Shown here: positions 34,982 to 43,684 of the stretch, piece by piece
Layout: the number at the start of each line of letters is the position of its first letter
How positions within the stretch are numbered: the first letter of the stretch is position 1
Assembly: GCA_035377365.1 (NCBI GenBank)
Contig: DAOSSK010000003.1
Location: 1 to 44,891 of the forward strand
Origin: Bacilli bacterium
GTDB lineage: Bacteria > Bacillota_I > Bacilli_A > ML615J-28 > CAG-698
Reading direction: 5' to 3'
Length of the DNA stretch: 44,891 nt
Translations under genes and position numbers: made by a program
Notes under the pieces: generated by a model
Databases searched by the model: none
What the model was told of the DNA's origin: nothing
What the model saw: the letters and a program-made list of their open reading frames with translations, nothing else

Positions 34982-36050
34982 AATGACTTATAACGTAATT
35001 TCCGATTCTTCCTCTCCATCCAATAATCTTATTATTCTCTCTAGTTGGATGAACTCTATTACTTAATACACAAAATGCGACTTGATTATACCTATCAATA
35101 AATAAATGTGTCCCAGTAAAGCCAGTATGCATAATTGTTTTCGAACTTGCAAGGCATCCAGATTGAGGATAAGAGCCCATAATCGTCCATCCAACTGACC
35201 TTTTTTCTGTAATTACACTTGTCTCATTTTCTTTTTGACTAGCAAGTTCAGTAAACATTAAGTCGATTGTAGCTTTAGACAAAATTCTCTTTCCTTTGTA
35301 AACACCATCATTTAAAACCATTTCCATAAAATGTGATACATCTTTCACGCAAGAAAATAGCCCAGCATGGCCACAAGCACCGCCTAAAAGATAAGCTTTC
35401 TCATCATGAACTTTGCCTCTAACAACTCCCTCGCAAATACGATCTGTTCTTGTTTCAGTTGGGGCTATTGTTTTATAAAGATCTGGACTTAAATTATAAC
35501 CTGTGCGATACATTTCTAACGGTTCAAAAAGATACTTAAAAGTAAATTCAGGCAAACTTAAACCACTAATCTTCTCAATAATCCAGCCTAAATAAATAAA
35601 ACCTAAATCAGAATAAATGATTTTCTCACCTATTACATTACTTGGTTCTAATTCATAAATTGCCTTTACAAACTGTTCTTTTGGTTTTCCTATATATTCT
35701 GTATAACTAATTCCCGGTTTTAATCCTGCTGTATGGGTAATTAAATCAAAAACTGTTGTTTTAGGGTTTTTGAAATCAGGCAATATTTGCTTTACATTGT
35801 CATACAATCTTAATTTTCCTTGTTCCATCAAAATTAAAATTGATGTAACAGTTGCAATAACTTTAGTAAGGGAAGCCATATCGTAAATAGTATCAATATC
35901 ATTTTCTTCCTTTTTAGGAATTAATGCTTTAAACCCAAAAGAATTAAAATGTTTATTGCCATTTTCAATCAAACAATAATTACAACCAGGAAAAACCCCA
36001 TCTTTTAACGCTTGTTCCATTAAAGAATCTAAATATTTAATCTTCGCCAT
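34953..36050 (-). CDS. Beta-lactamase-fold serine hydrolase (AmiE/YbbE-like MurNAc-L-Ala amidase is a candidate)
   Basis: The SxxK motif MASLTKVIATV sits near the N-terminus. It is 365 aa with no signal peptide. B. subtilis AmiE belongs to this fold family. Confidence 0.6.
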   Translation of the reverse strand: MAKIKYLDSLMEQALKDGVFPGCNYCLIENGNKHFNSFGFKALIPKKEENDIDTIYDMASLTKVIATVTSILILMEQGKLRLYDNVKQILPDFKNPKTTVFDLITHTAGLKPGISYTEYIGKPKEQFVKAIYELEPSNVIGEKIIYSDLGFIYLGWIIEKISGLSLPEFTFKYLFEPLEMYRTGYNLSPDLYKTIAPTETRTDRICEGVVRGKVHDEKAYLLGGACGHAGLFSCVKDVSHFMEMVLNDGVYKGKRILSKATIDLMFTELASQKENETSVITEKRSVGWTIMGSYPQSGCLASSKTIMHTGFTGTHLFIDRYNQVAFCVLSNRVHPTRENNKIIGWRGRIGNYVISHFGKGCKDEV

Positions 36051-36937
36051 TATTTAATCCTTTTATACAGTTTATCACTATAACGATTACAGAAATTATC
36101 CCAAGCAACTTTCTTAATTTCTTCTTTACTATAACCTCTTTTTTTCATTCCTTCTATAATTAAATGAGCTTTTGTTGCATCGGGAACTTCTTTAATCATT
36201 GCATTTTCAAAATCATCATCTAAATAATCCATAAAGTCAAAACCAAAACAAACATTATCAATTCCCATTACTTCAATTGCAAAGTCTAAATGATCTAAGA
36301 AATGTTCTAAATCTCTTTCTTCTTCTTTTCTGCTTACAAAACCTTTCGCAAGTGTTAAGCCAAATAATCCATCAGCTTTCTTTAAAGCAAGCATTTGCTC
36401 TTTGTCTAAGTTTCTTCTATGATCACAAATATCATAAACTAAACCGTGAGAATAAACAATATTGTGATTAGTATATTCTAAAACATCATAAAAACTTTTC
36501 TTGTTTAAATGAGCAACATCGATAATCATATCAAGCCCAATCATTATATCTAAAAGTTTTTTACCTTCTTCTTTTAACCCAGATTCTTTTGGACCACTAA
36601 CACCAGTTGCATATTTGTTTTCTTCATTCCAAGTAAGCATCGCATGCCTAAAACCTAAATTATAGAAATAACGAATATCTTCTGGCTTCTCTAAATTCCT
36701 TAATCCTTCAAAACCTAAAATAACTTTAAAATCTTTTAGTTCATTCCAGTCAATTTTCTTTAAAGCACAATTTACTGCTTCTTTTAAATCAAAGTCATCT
36801 GGTGAATATAAAGTCCAAACTGCACCTTTAATAACAGAATTATTATATTGCTTTACATGAATATCTTTAAATCTGTTATCGCCTTTTCCTCTAAAAAGGT
36901 CATATAATAAATCACTATGAATATCAAATACTTTCAT
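36050..36937 (-). CDS. Peptidase M19 (renal-dipeptidase-like) dipeptidase
   Basis: The N-terminus is VFDIHSDLLYDL. The pattern IIDVAHLNKKSFYDVL...VYSHGLVYDICDHRRNLDKEQMLAL matches the M19 consensus. Confidence 0.8.
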   Translation of the reverse strand: MKVFDIHSDLLYDLFRGKGDNRFKDIHVKQYNNSVIKGAVWTLYSPDDFDLKEAVNCALKKIDWNELKDFKVILGFEGLRNLEKPEDIRYFYNLGFRHAMLTWNEENKYATGVSGPKESGLKEEGKKLLDIMIGLDMIIDVAHLNKKSFYDVLEYTNHNIVYSHGLVYDICDHRRNLDKEQMLALKKADGLFGLTLAKGFVSRKEEERDLEHFLDHLDFAIEVMGIDNVCFGFDFMDYLDDDFENAMIKEVPDATKAHLIIEGMKKRGYSKEEIKKVAWDNFCNRYSDKLYKRIK

Positions 36938-38211
36938 TATTTCTCTCCTTTAAAATTAAACACAGCTAAATAGTCATCAACTGTTTCTCTTCTTATTGCT
37001 TCTTTAACGCCTTTTTCACTTACAAACAAAACTGGTGGTCTTAATGCTCCATTATAATTAGAACTCATCGCATAACAATAAGCACCAGTTGTATATGTTA
37101 CTATATAATCATTTTCTTTAAGTTTGCTTAAAATGATATCTTTACCTAAAATATCTCCTGACTCACAAAACTTCCCTACAACTTGATACTTTTCTTTATT
37201 CTCACTTATTACATTATTAACACAATCAAAACTATACTTAGCATCATATAAAGCAGGCCTAATATTATCAGCCATACCGCCATCAACTAAACAATAGTTA
37301 TAGTATTTACTTTGTTTCAGTTTCAAACATTGGTAAATAGTAACACCTTCTCTACCTACAATACTTCTTCCCGGTTCAATTGCAACTATTTCAAAATCAG
37401 TTTTTTCTAATCTTTTAACGATCTTTTTTAGTCCTTCCTTTAAAGAAAACTCGCTATCAGATTCTAAATACTTAACTCCAAAGCCTCCACCTAAATCAAA
37501 AGCTTTGATTTTATATTTTAACTTCTTCTCTAATTTTGTTTTAAAATCAGAAATTTTATCAATTGCTTCTAAATAAGGATCTAATTCTTTAATTTGTGAG
37601 CCTAAATGAACTTGAAGCCCTTTTAAAACTACATGCTTAGCATTATTATAAAACTCAATTATTTTATCCCAAATATCATCATCAATACCTTCTCCAAACT
37701 TAGAATCTAAATTTGCAGTTTGAATATGTTTATGGCTATCTACCTTAACATAAGGATTTATTCTAAAGTAGGTATCTACTTTTGATTTTGCTAGCTTTTC
37801 AATCAATGTTAATTCGGAAAACGAATCTACAATAAAAGCATTAATCTTTAATTTTAAAGCTAATTTTAGTTCTTCTTCAGTCTTATTATTTCCTTGAAAG
37901 AAGACTCTTTCCATTGGAAAACCTACTTTTTCTAATAACCTAAAATCACTTACACTAGTTGCATCTACACATAAACCTTCTTCATTTAAGATATTGGCAA
38001 AATAAGGAGCTATAAAAGCTTTTGATGCATAAATGATTTTAGTCTTTAGTTTTTTAGAACTAAAACTATCTTTAATTAGTTTGATTCTCGTTTTAATCCC
38101 TTCTTCATCATAAACCATTAAAGGGGTTTTATACTTCATAGCTAACTCTTTTAAAGAATGATTACCTATATATAATTCATTGTTTTGAATATTTGTATTA
38201 ACTGTTTTCAT
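36937..38211 (-). CDS. lysA: Diaminopimelate decarboxylase
   Basis: It shows fold-III PLP decarboxylase motifs: YASKAF (PLP lysine region), DLGGGFGVKY and GKFCESGD. It is 424 aa. Confidence 0.75.
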   Translation of the reverse strand: MKTVNTNIQNNELYIGNHSLKELAMKYKTPLMVYDEEGIKTRIKLIKDSFSSKKLKTKIIYASKAFIAPYFANILNEEGLCVDATSVSDFRLLEKVGFPMERVFFQGNNKTEEELKLALKLKINAFIVDSFSELTLIEKLAKSKVDTYFRINPYVKVDSHKHIQTANLDSKFGEGIDDDIWDKIIEFYNNAKHVVLKGLQVHLGSQIKELDPYLEAIDKISDFKTKLEKKLKYKIKAFDLGGGFGVKYLESDSEFSLKEGLKKIVKRLEKTDFEIVAIEPGRSIVGREGVTIYQCLKLKQSKYYNYCLVDGGMADNIRPALYDAKYSFDCVNNVISENKEKYQVVGKFCESGDILGKDIILSKLKENDYIVTYTTGAYCYAMSSNYNGALRPPVLFVSEKGVKEAIRRETVDDYLAVFNFKGEK

Positions 38212-39175
38212 ACTTTACTTCCATTTCTTTGAATAAATCATTCATTTCTTGTTCTTTAGTAATTTTCATTAATCTTAATTTATATTCTTTAACATCCAAC
38301 CCTTTGAGATAACGAGAAAATAAAGACCTTAAATTAAGAATGGCAAGTTTTTCGCCCATCTCATTCTTTAATAGCTCATAGTGTTTTTTCACCATTTGTA
38401 TTCTTTCAATATCTGTTGGCTCTGATAACTCTTTACCTTCAAAATGATTAACAATATTTTGAATTAACCAGGGATTGCCAATACTGCTTCTGCCTATCAT
38501 AATCGCATCACATTTAGTGTAATCTAAAACATACTCAGCATCTTCAATTGATTTAATATCGCCATTAGCAATTACTGGTATTTTCACTTGTTCTTTGACT
38601 AGCTTAATATAATCATAATTAGCTTTGCCTTTATACAAATCACTTTGTGTTCTCCCATGAATACAAATAGCTGAAGCACCTGCTTTTTCAATTTTCTTTG
38701 CAACTTCAAGTACATTAATTGTATTTTTAGTTTGACCAAGTCTAATCTTAACTGTAACTGGTTTAGATACATTCTCTACAACTGCCTTCACAATCTCATA
38801 AATATTATCAGGATCTTTAAGTAAATAACTTCCTGATTTAGCCTTTAAAACTTTCTTTACAGGACAGCCCATATTTAAATCTATAATATCACAATCACTA
38901 TATTTATCTATGTAAATTGCTGCTTTAACTAAATCTTCTTTTGTTCCACCAAATAATTGCATATTTACTAAATGATCATCTTCTTCTACTTTAGTCATCT
39001 CTAAAGTTCTTTTGTTTTTAAAGTTGATACCTTTAGCACTAATCATTTCTGTATAGCAAAGACTAGCACCAAATTCTCTCATAATTTTGCGATAAGAATA
39101 ATTAGTGTATCCCGCTAAAGGAGCGATAATTACTTTGTTTTTAAGTTCAAATTTACCAATTTTCAAAATTATCAA
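38198..39175 (-). CDS. dusB: tRNA-dihydrouridine synthase
   Basis: APLAGYTN, NMGCP and the overall Dus pattern are present. The AGGAG RBS at 39176-39180 fits the in-frame TTG at 39166 (MKIGKFELKN) better than the start at 39175. Confidence 0.85.
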   Translation of the reverse strand: MIILKIGKFELKNKVIIAPLAGYTNYSYRKIMREFGASLCYTEMISAKGINFKNKRTLEMTKVEEDDHLVNMQLFGGTKEDLVKAAIYIDKYSDCDIIDLNMGCPVKKVLKAKSGSYLLKDPDNIYEIVKAVVENVSKPVTVKIRLGQTKNTINVLEVAKKIEKAGASAICIHGRTQSDLYKGKANYDYIKLVKEQVKIPVIANGDIKSIEDAEYVLDYTKCDAIMIGRSSIGNPWLIQNIVNHFEGKELSEPTDIERIQMVKKHYELLKNEMGEKLAILNLRSLFSRYLKGLDVKEYKLRLMKITKEQEMNDLFKEMEVKYENS

Positions 39176-39183
39176 CTCCTTTT

Positions 39184-39303
39184 AAAAAAGATCTTACTCT
39201 AAGTGCCTACACCCACATACCTACATAAGCTTAAGGCTGCTTCAGTCACGACCTGACCTGGTTCACTTCAAGATATTGGGTATAGGGACTTAAAATAAGA
39301 TCC
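39184..39303 (-). ncRNA. ffs: Signal recognition particle RNA, short 4.5S type
   Basis: The minus strand reads GGATCTTATTTTAAGTCCCTATACCC...GAACCAGGTCAGGTCGTGACTGAAGCAGCCTTAAGC...GGGTGTAGGCACTTAGAGTAAGATC-TTTTTT. It contains the conserved domain IV motif (compare E. coli ACCAGGUCAGGUCCGGAAGGAAGCAGCC). The 5' and 3' ends pair, and a U6 tail follows. Confidence 0.8.
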
Positions 39304-39309
39304 TTTATC

Positions 39310-39338
39310 ATTATAGCATTTTCCCTTCTTCTTTTCAA
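39310..39338 (-). promoter_or_regulatory. Near-consensus promoter for the SRP RNA
   Basis: On the minus strand it reads TTGAAA, a 17-nt spacer, then TATAAT. The predicted start, G at about 39303, coincides with the 5' end of the SRP helix. Confidence 0.6.
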
Positions 39339-39343
39339 GATTG

Positions 39344-39793
39344 CTATCTTTTATTTTTAAAGAATGATTTCATAATTTCAGATACTTCATCTTCCATTAA
39401 AGGACCTACTACCTCAAGCTCATGGTTGAATTTAAAATCTTCAAAAACATTTCCCAAACTAGTTAGGACGCCAAACTTAGGAGCTTTAGCACCATAAACT
39501 ATTTTTTTAATCCTTGCGTTTAAAATTGCCCCAGCACACATCAAACATGGTTCTAAAGTGATATAAATAGTAGCATCGTCTAATATTTTACGTCCTAATA
39601 CTTTACATGCTTTTTTAATAACTTCAATCTCAGCGTGTAATGTTGGGTCTTTTAAACTTTCTTTTTTGTTGTGAGCTTTGGCGATAATTTCGCCATTAAT
39701 TACAATTAAAGCTCCAACCGGGACTTCATCTTCCCGATATGCTTTTTTAGCTTCCTTGAAAGCTAATTTTAGAAAATCTAAATCATTCATCAT
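39344..39793 (-). CDS. tadA: tRNA-specific adenosine-34 deaminase
   Basis: The CDA zinc motifs HAEIEVI and PCLMCAG are present. It is 149 aa. Confidence 0.9.
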   Translation of the reverse strand: MMNDLDFLKLAFKEAKKAYREDEVPVGALIVINGEIIAKAHNKKESLKDPTLHAEIEVIKKACKVLGRKILDDATIYITLEPCLMCAGAILNARIKKIVYGAKAPKFGVLTSLGNVFEDFKFNHELEVVGPLMEDEVSEIMKSFFKNKR

Positions 39794-40370
39794 CTTTTAA
39801 TACTTGATGGCAATGTCTACATCTAGCTTCATAGGATTCTTCAGAGCCAATTAAAACAGTTGGAGAATTATAAGATGCAGGTTTACCATCAATTAGTCTT
39901 TGCGTTCTACTTGCAGGTAAACCACAAACTTGGCAAATTGCTTGAAGCTTAGTTACACATTCTGCTCTTGCAAGTAAATAAGGCATTGGTCCAAAAGGCT
40001 CACCCCTAAAATTAGTATCAAGTCCTGCTACAATTACCCTTTTACCTTGATCAGCTAAAGTCTCACAAACCTTGACAATCTTGTCAGTAAAAAATTGTGC
40101 CTCATCAATAGCAACTACATCTGGGTTTTTCTTCTCAACTAATTTCAAGATTTGCTCCTCATCATAAATATTATATCCGGGCATGCGTTTATTATTATGA
40201 CTTACTACTTCAGTTTCACTATAGCGATTATCAATTGCTGGTTTAAAAACCATATATGATTTCTTAGCGTATTCCAATCGTTTCAATCTTCTTAGTAATT
40301 CCTCAGTCTTTCCCGCAAACATGCTTCCGCAGATAACTTCTATCCAACCGTCTCTTCTTTGTACTTCCAT
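39783..40370 (-). CDS. tdk: Thymidine kinase
   Basis: It has the P-loop [11 protein letters not shown], the IDEAQFF motif, and the C-terminal zinc ribbon CxxC...CRHC. Confidence 0.9.
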   Translation of the reverse strand: MEVQRRDGWIEVICGSMFAGKTEELLRRLKRLEYAKKSYMVFKPAIDNRYSETEVVSHNNKRMPGYNIYDEEQILKLVEKKNPDVVAIDEAQFFTDKIVKVCETLADQGKRVIVAGLDTNFRGEPFGPMPYLLARAECVTKLQAICQVCGLPASRTQRLIDGKPASYNSPTVLIGSEESYEARCRHCHQVLKDDE

Positions 40371-40469
40371 CTTTACTCTTCTAATCCTTTCTATAATATT
40401 ATATCATATTTATCCTCTTTTTCAAATATTTTAAACAAGAAATACAAGCAAACATAAAAACCAAACAAC

Positions 40470-40498
40470 TTGCAATTTATGGCTTTTTATGATATATT
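40470..40498 (+). promoter_or_regulatory. Promoter candidate for the TasA-like gene
   Basis: It reads TTGCAA, a 17-nt spacer ending TGA (extended -10), then TATATT. A GGGAGG RBS follows at 40515-40520. Confidence 0.4.
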
Positions 40499-40528
40499 AG
40501 CATCGTATGATTATGGGAGGAAACTAAT

Positions 40529-41148
40529 ATGGAAAAAAGAAAAAAACTATTAATCATAGCTATCTTTATATTCTTGTTTTCCGCTAGTTAAGTGGAGCTT
40601 ATGCTTATTGGGCTGGAACTGTCAACCCGCCAGCTACTAAATCCGATACTATTAATATTAACATCGGTGAAGCAACTGCCGTTGATACTATCTTAATAAT
40701 CAATGATGGTTATACTACTACTAAAACTTTAGTGCCTCCGGGTCAAGTTACAAATAGTGTTGACCCTAATTCAGTTGATGTAATTAATTTTAAATATACT
40801 ATTAACTGGTCTTCTCAAGGAAGAAGTGTAGCTGATGCTACAAACCCTTTAACTAGATATATTCGCATTGAAGTTGTTAATATAAAAATTGGCACTTCAA
40901 GCACCCTAGGTGAAATGAATATCAATTTTAGAGCTTATTGGACTGACCCAGATACATTAACTACATATACAGTATGGCAACCAAGTTTAGCTAACTACTG
41001 GCCTCCTATCGTTATTAACGAACCAATTGAAATTGATATCCAAATCACAATGAATGAACCAGCTAACAAAACTGTGTATGATCAAGTTAAGGGAAAACCA
41101 GCTTCAATTCAATTAAAATTCCATTGCAATGCCACACCGGCACCATAA
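40529..41148 (+). pseudogene. Frameshifted gene for a secreted TasA/camelysin (peptidase M73)-like protein
   Basis: The ATG at 40529 encodes the signal peptide MEKRKKLLIIAIFIFLFSAS and then hits TAA at 40589-40591. The +2 frame opens at 40588 and reads (L)SGAYAYWAGTVNPPATKSDTININIGE... through to 41148. The N-terminus resembles SipW-type signal regions. The C-terminus IEIDIQI...QVKGKPASIQLKFHCNAT resembles TasA VQMEIQF...YQGNSIKLQFSFEAT. Confidence 0.5.
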
Positions 41149-41160
41149 AAATATAATTTA

Positions 41161-41188
41161 AAAGCTAGTCTAAACTAGCTTTTTATTT
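41161..41188 (+). terminator. Rho-independent terminator after the TasA-like gene
   Basis: Arms AAAGCTAGT / ACTAGCTTT form a stem with a 4-nt loop, followed by TTATTTT. Confidence 0.7.
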
Positions 41189-41207
41189 TCAAATTTGTTT
41201 ATTCTTG

Positions 41208-41236
41208 TTGACAAAAACAGACCTTTAAGGTATAAT
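41208..41236 (+). promoter_or_regulatory. Consensus sigma-A promoter for rpmE
   Basis: It reads TTGACA, a 17-nt spacer, then TATAAT, both perfect hexamers. Confidence 0.7.
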
Positions 41237-41295
41237 AACATAGTATAAAACTTACTATGGTTTGCAAATAAAAACCATGGCGGAAGGAGAGAAAA

Positions 41296-41511
41296 ATGAA
41301 AAAAGGTATTCATCCTAAATATTACAAAGCTACGGTTACTTGTACAGCTTGTGGGGCTACTTTTGAATCAGGATCTACAGTAGAAGATATCAAAGTTGAT
41401 ACTTGTTCTAAATGTCATCCATTTTACACTGGCCAACAAAAATTCGTACAAGCAGCAGGAAGAGTTGAAAAATTCCAAAAACGTTTGGCTAAAAAAGAAG
41501 AGGATAAGTAA
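41296..41511 (+). CDS. rpmE: 50S ribosomal protein L31 (zinc-binding type A)
   Basis: The sequence is [28 protein letters not shown]...[13 protein letters not shown], with a CxxC...CxxC zinc motif. Confidence 0.95.
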   Translation: MKKGIHPKYYKATVTCTACGATFESGSTVEDIKVDTCSKCHPFYTGQQKFVQAAGRVEKFQKRLAKKEEDK

Positions 41512-41517
41512 TAAAAA

Positions 41518-41542
41518 TTGCAACAATCATGTTGCTTTTTTT
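41518..41542 (+). terminator. Rho-independent terminator after rpmE
   Basis: A GCAACA / TGTTGC stem with a 4-nt loop is followed by T7. Confidence 0.6.
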
Positions 41543-41551
41543 ATACCAATT

Positions 41552-41581
41552 AAAAAACACTGGTTAATACCAGTGTTTTTA
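41552..41581 (-). terminator. Hairpin terminator after lemA (potentially bidirectional)
   Basis: An ACACTGGT / ACCAGTGT stem is flanked by an A5 run and a T5 run. It lies immediately after the lemA stop. Confidence 0.65.
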
Positions 41582-42127
41582 TTTATAGTCATATTCATAT
41601 CTTTCTCTTGGTTCTAGTTTCATCCAACCAGCTACAATTTTACTCGGAAATTTCACCAATTTCAAATTGTATTTATCAACCGCATCATTAAAATATGCTT
41701 GACTATATACAATCTTAACTTTATCATCTTCTAAATCAAACAACAATCTTTGAAAACTACCATTCTTTTTAATTGAAGGATAACCTTCCTGAACAATAAC
41801 TAATCTATCTAAAACATTAGTTAACAAGAAGTCGGCCTTAGCAATCTCCATAGGTGTATTAGAATTCGCATAAATTCCTCTAACCCTAGCAACCTCGCTT
41901 AAGATACCTTCTTCTTCAGAAATGACCCCCTTTAGTGTTTCCATAAGATTAGGAACTAAATCAAATCTTCGCTCTACATAGAGTTTAATCTGATTCCAAC
42001 CATTGTTTACTCTTTTACGTGCTTTTACTAAACTATCATAAATTAAAATAATTAAGACGCCTAGTCCTATAATTATAAGCCCTAAAATTACAAATGTAAT
42101 AATCCAACCAGCACCCATTAGAAACAC
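41579..42127 (-). CDS. lemA: LemA family membrane protein
   Basis: An N-terminal TM segment is followed by the typical LemA pattern NGWNQIKLYVERRFDLVPNLMETLKG. It is 182 aa. Confidence 0.85.
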   Translation of the reverse strand: MFLMGAGWIITFVILGLIIIGLGVLIILIYDSLVKARKRVNNGWNQIKLYVERRFDLVPNLMETLKGVISEEEGILSEVARVRGIYANSNTPMEIAKADFLLTNVLDRLVIVQEGYPSIKKNGSFQRLLFDLEDDKVKIVYSQAYFNDAVDKYNLKLVKFPSKIVAGWMKLEPRERYEYDYK

Positions 42128-42138
42128 CTCCTTTTCTA

Positions 42139-43674
42139 TTAAAAATCAATAATACCATAACTAATATAATATGGTAAATATATATCATCTTTTAATTTTG
42201 CTTCTTCTAAATAATTTTTAAAAGCTTTTACTTCTTTATATTTCTTTCTCTTTTTAAAGCGAAGCAAAATAAAGAAAACTAGTGAAGTTATAAACAGCAT
42301 CACAATTAAAGCCTTAGTCCAAATTAAATCTAAAGCTAATTTTTCCTTCATTCTGTAAATTATTATATAATAAAAAATGAAAATAAACAAGAAATTCAAT
42401 AAAATTAATTGCGGTTTGTCTTCATATTCAGCTTTATCAATAACCTTCTTTTTTAAGGCTAAATAATCGATTTTATCTAAAGCAACTGTCTTTTGTTTTT
42501 GAAAAATCCCTAATAAAATCTTTGCTTCCTCAACTGAAAGACCTTCTTTATTTTTATAAATAAGAACATTATTTTCTCTAATAATATTTCCGTTTAACTC
42601 CATTTTTTTAATCAAACCTAAAAGATGCCTTTTCTTCGCAAAATTATCTAAAATCAAACTTGAATCAAGTAAACTTTCATTTACATAAGCTGCTTTAGAA
42701 ATAACTTTTGGTTTAAAGATAATATTTTCAAAATATAAATATGTAACTACCATTATGATAATTGATATTACTACTAAAAATATATTAATAATATACACAG
42801 AAGTTTTAGTTTTTGTTTGATCTACGCTAAGTAAATCTTTCGTTTTATTTATTTCTTGTTGTCTTGCCTCATATGCCTCTAGTTCATTAAAAGCATTAAA
42901 ACTCATCATTTGATTGGGATTAGTAATCGCAAGTGAATCTTTATCAAACAAAACTCTTAATCTAAAGTAGTCATTATCTAAACTATAAAAGTTAGTTATG
43001 CTAACATTTAAACTATTTTCTAAAAAAGTACTACTTAGCTCATGATTACTATAAGCAAATGGCTTAGAAATTGGATTAGGGAATTTAACTGAAAAGTTAA
43101 GTTTTTCTATCTTAATTGGCTCTTGAATTAATAACAAACTCAGTTCGTTACAATCTAAATAGTTTGTAATGAAGTGTTCTAGTTTATATTTATACTTAAT
43201 TTGATAGTTTCCAATTAAAACATCTTCAGATTTAAAATAGAAAACTTCTAAATTTATTCTATCAATTCCCCCAATTATATTTCCAGCTCTATCTAAATCA
43301 TGATTAAAGGAATAGCCTTTTTCAATATCTCGTTCTTCTCCATCTTTAAATAGTTTTTGTTCATAAGTATTAAGAACTGTAGAAAAAGTAGCAATATTAT
43401 TGTTTACTTCATCTGTTTCGATAAAAGGGTTAGTTGCTTCTAGTTTATGATAGTAGATGTTACGATAAAATTCATTTGTTTCTTCTAAAAACTCTATATC
43501 CCAATCTTCAGTTACTAAAATAGTTCCGTCATTAGTTATATCTATTTCTAAATCTAAACTATTGACTTTTTCTTTTAGCTTTTCTTTTGTTATGAAACTA
43601 CTTCCAATTAAAAAAGCTAGCAATAATACTATATTAATTACAATCCCTATAATTAAGATTCTCTTGTTTTTCAT
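42139..43674 (-). CDS. DUF2207-like membrane protein (usual partner of LemA)
   Basis: It has an N-terminal TM segment, an extracytoplasmic domain starting LDLEIDITNDGTILVTEDWDIEF, and several C-terminal TM segments. It lies directly upstream of lemA. Confidence 0.6.
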   Translation of the reverse strand: MKNKRILIIGIVINIVLLLAFLIGSSFITKEKLKEKVNSLDLEIDITNDGTILVTEDWDIEFLEETNEFYRNIYYHKLEATNPFIETDEVNNNIATFSTVLNTYEQKLFKDGEERDIEKGYSFNHDLDRAGNIIGGIDRINLEVFYFKSEDVLIGNYQIKYKYKLEHFITNYLDCNELSLLLIQEPIKIEKLNFSVKFPNPISKPFAYSNHELSSTFLENSLNVSITNFYSLDNDYFRLRVLFDKDSLAITNPNQMMSFNAFNELEAYEARQQEINKTKDLLSVDQTKTKTSVYIINIFLVVISIIIMVVTYLYFENIIFKPKVISKAAYVNESLLDSSLILDNFAKKRHLLGLIKKMELNGNIIRENNVLIYKNKEGLSVEEAKILLGIFQKQKTVALDKIDYLALKKKVIDKAEYEDKPQLILLNFLFIFIFYYIIIYRMKEKLALDLIWTKALIVMLFITSLVFFILLRFKKRKKYKEVKAFKNYLEEAKLKDDIYLPYYISYGIIDF

Positions 43675-43684
43675 CTCTAGCTCC

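Noticed and set aside
40533-40546. A6 and A7 runs at the 5' end of the TasA-like gene as the frameshift or phase-variation site
   Set aside because: The mature-protein frame has a TAG at 40585-40587, so the frame change must occur after that point. The A-runs therefore cannot be responsible.
40592-40696. A GTG-initiated 34-codon ORF continuing in the signal-peptide frame after the TAA at 40589
   Set aside because: It has no RBS and a hydrophobic, low-information translation. The alternative frame carries the long TasA-like ORF, so this is just the wrong frame downstream of the frameshift.
41396-41617. A 73-aa ORF overlapping the 3' half of rpmE and both convergent terminators
   Set aside because: It overlaps a certain ribosomal protein gene out of frame and runs through two terminator hairpins, so it is implausible as a gene.
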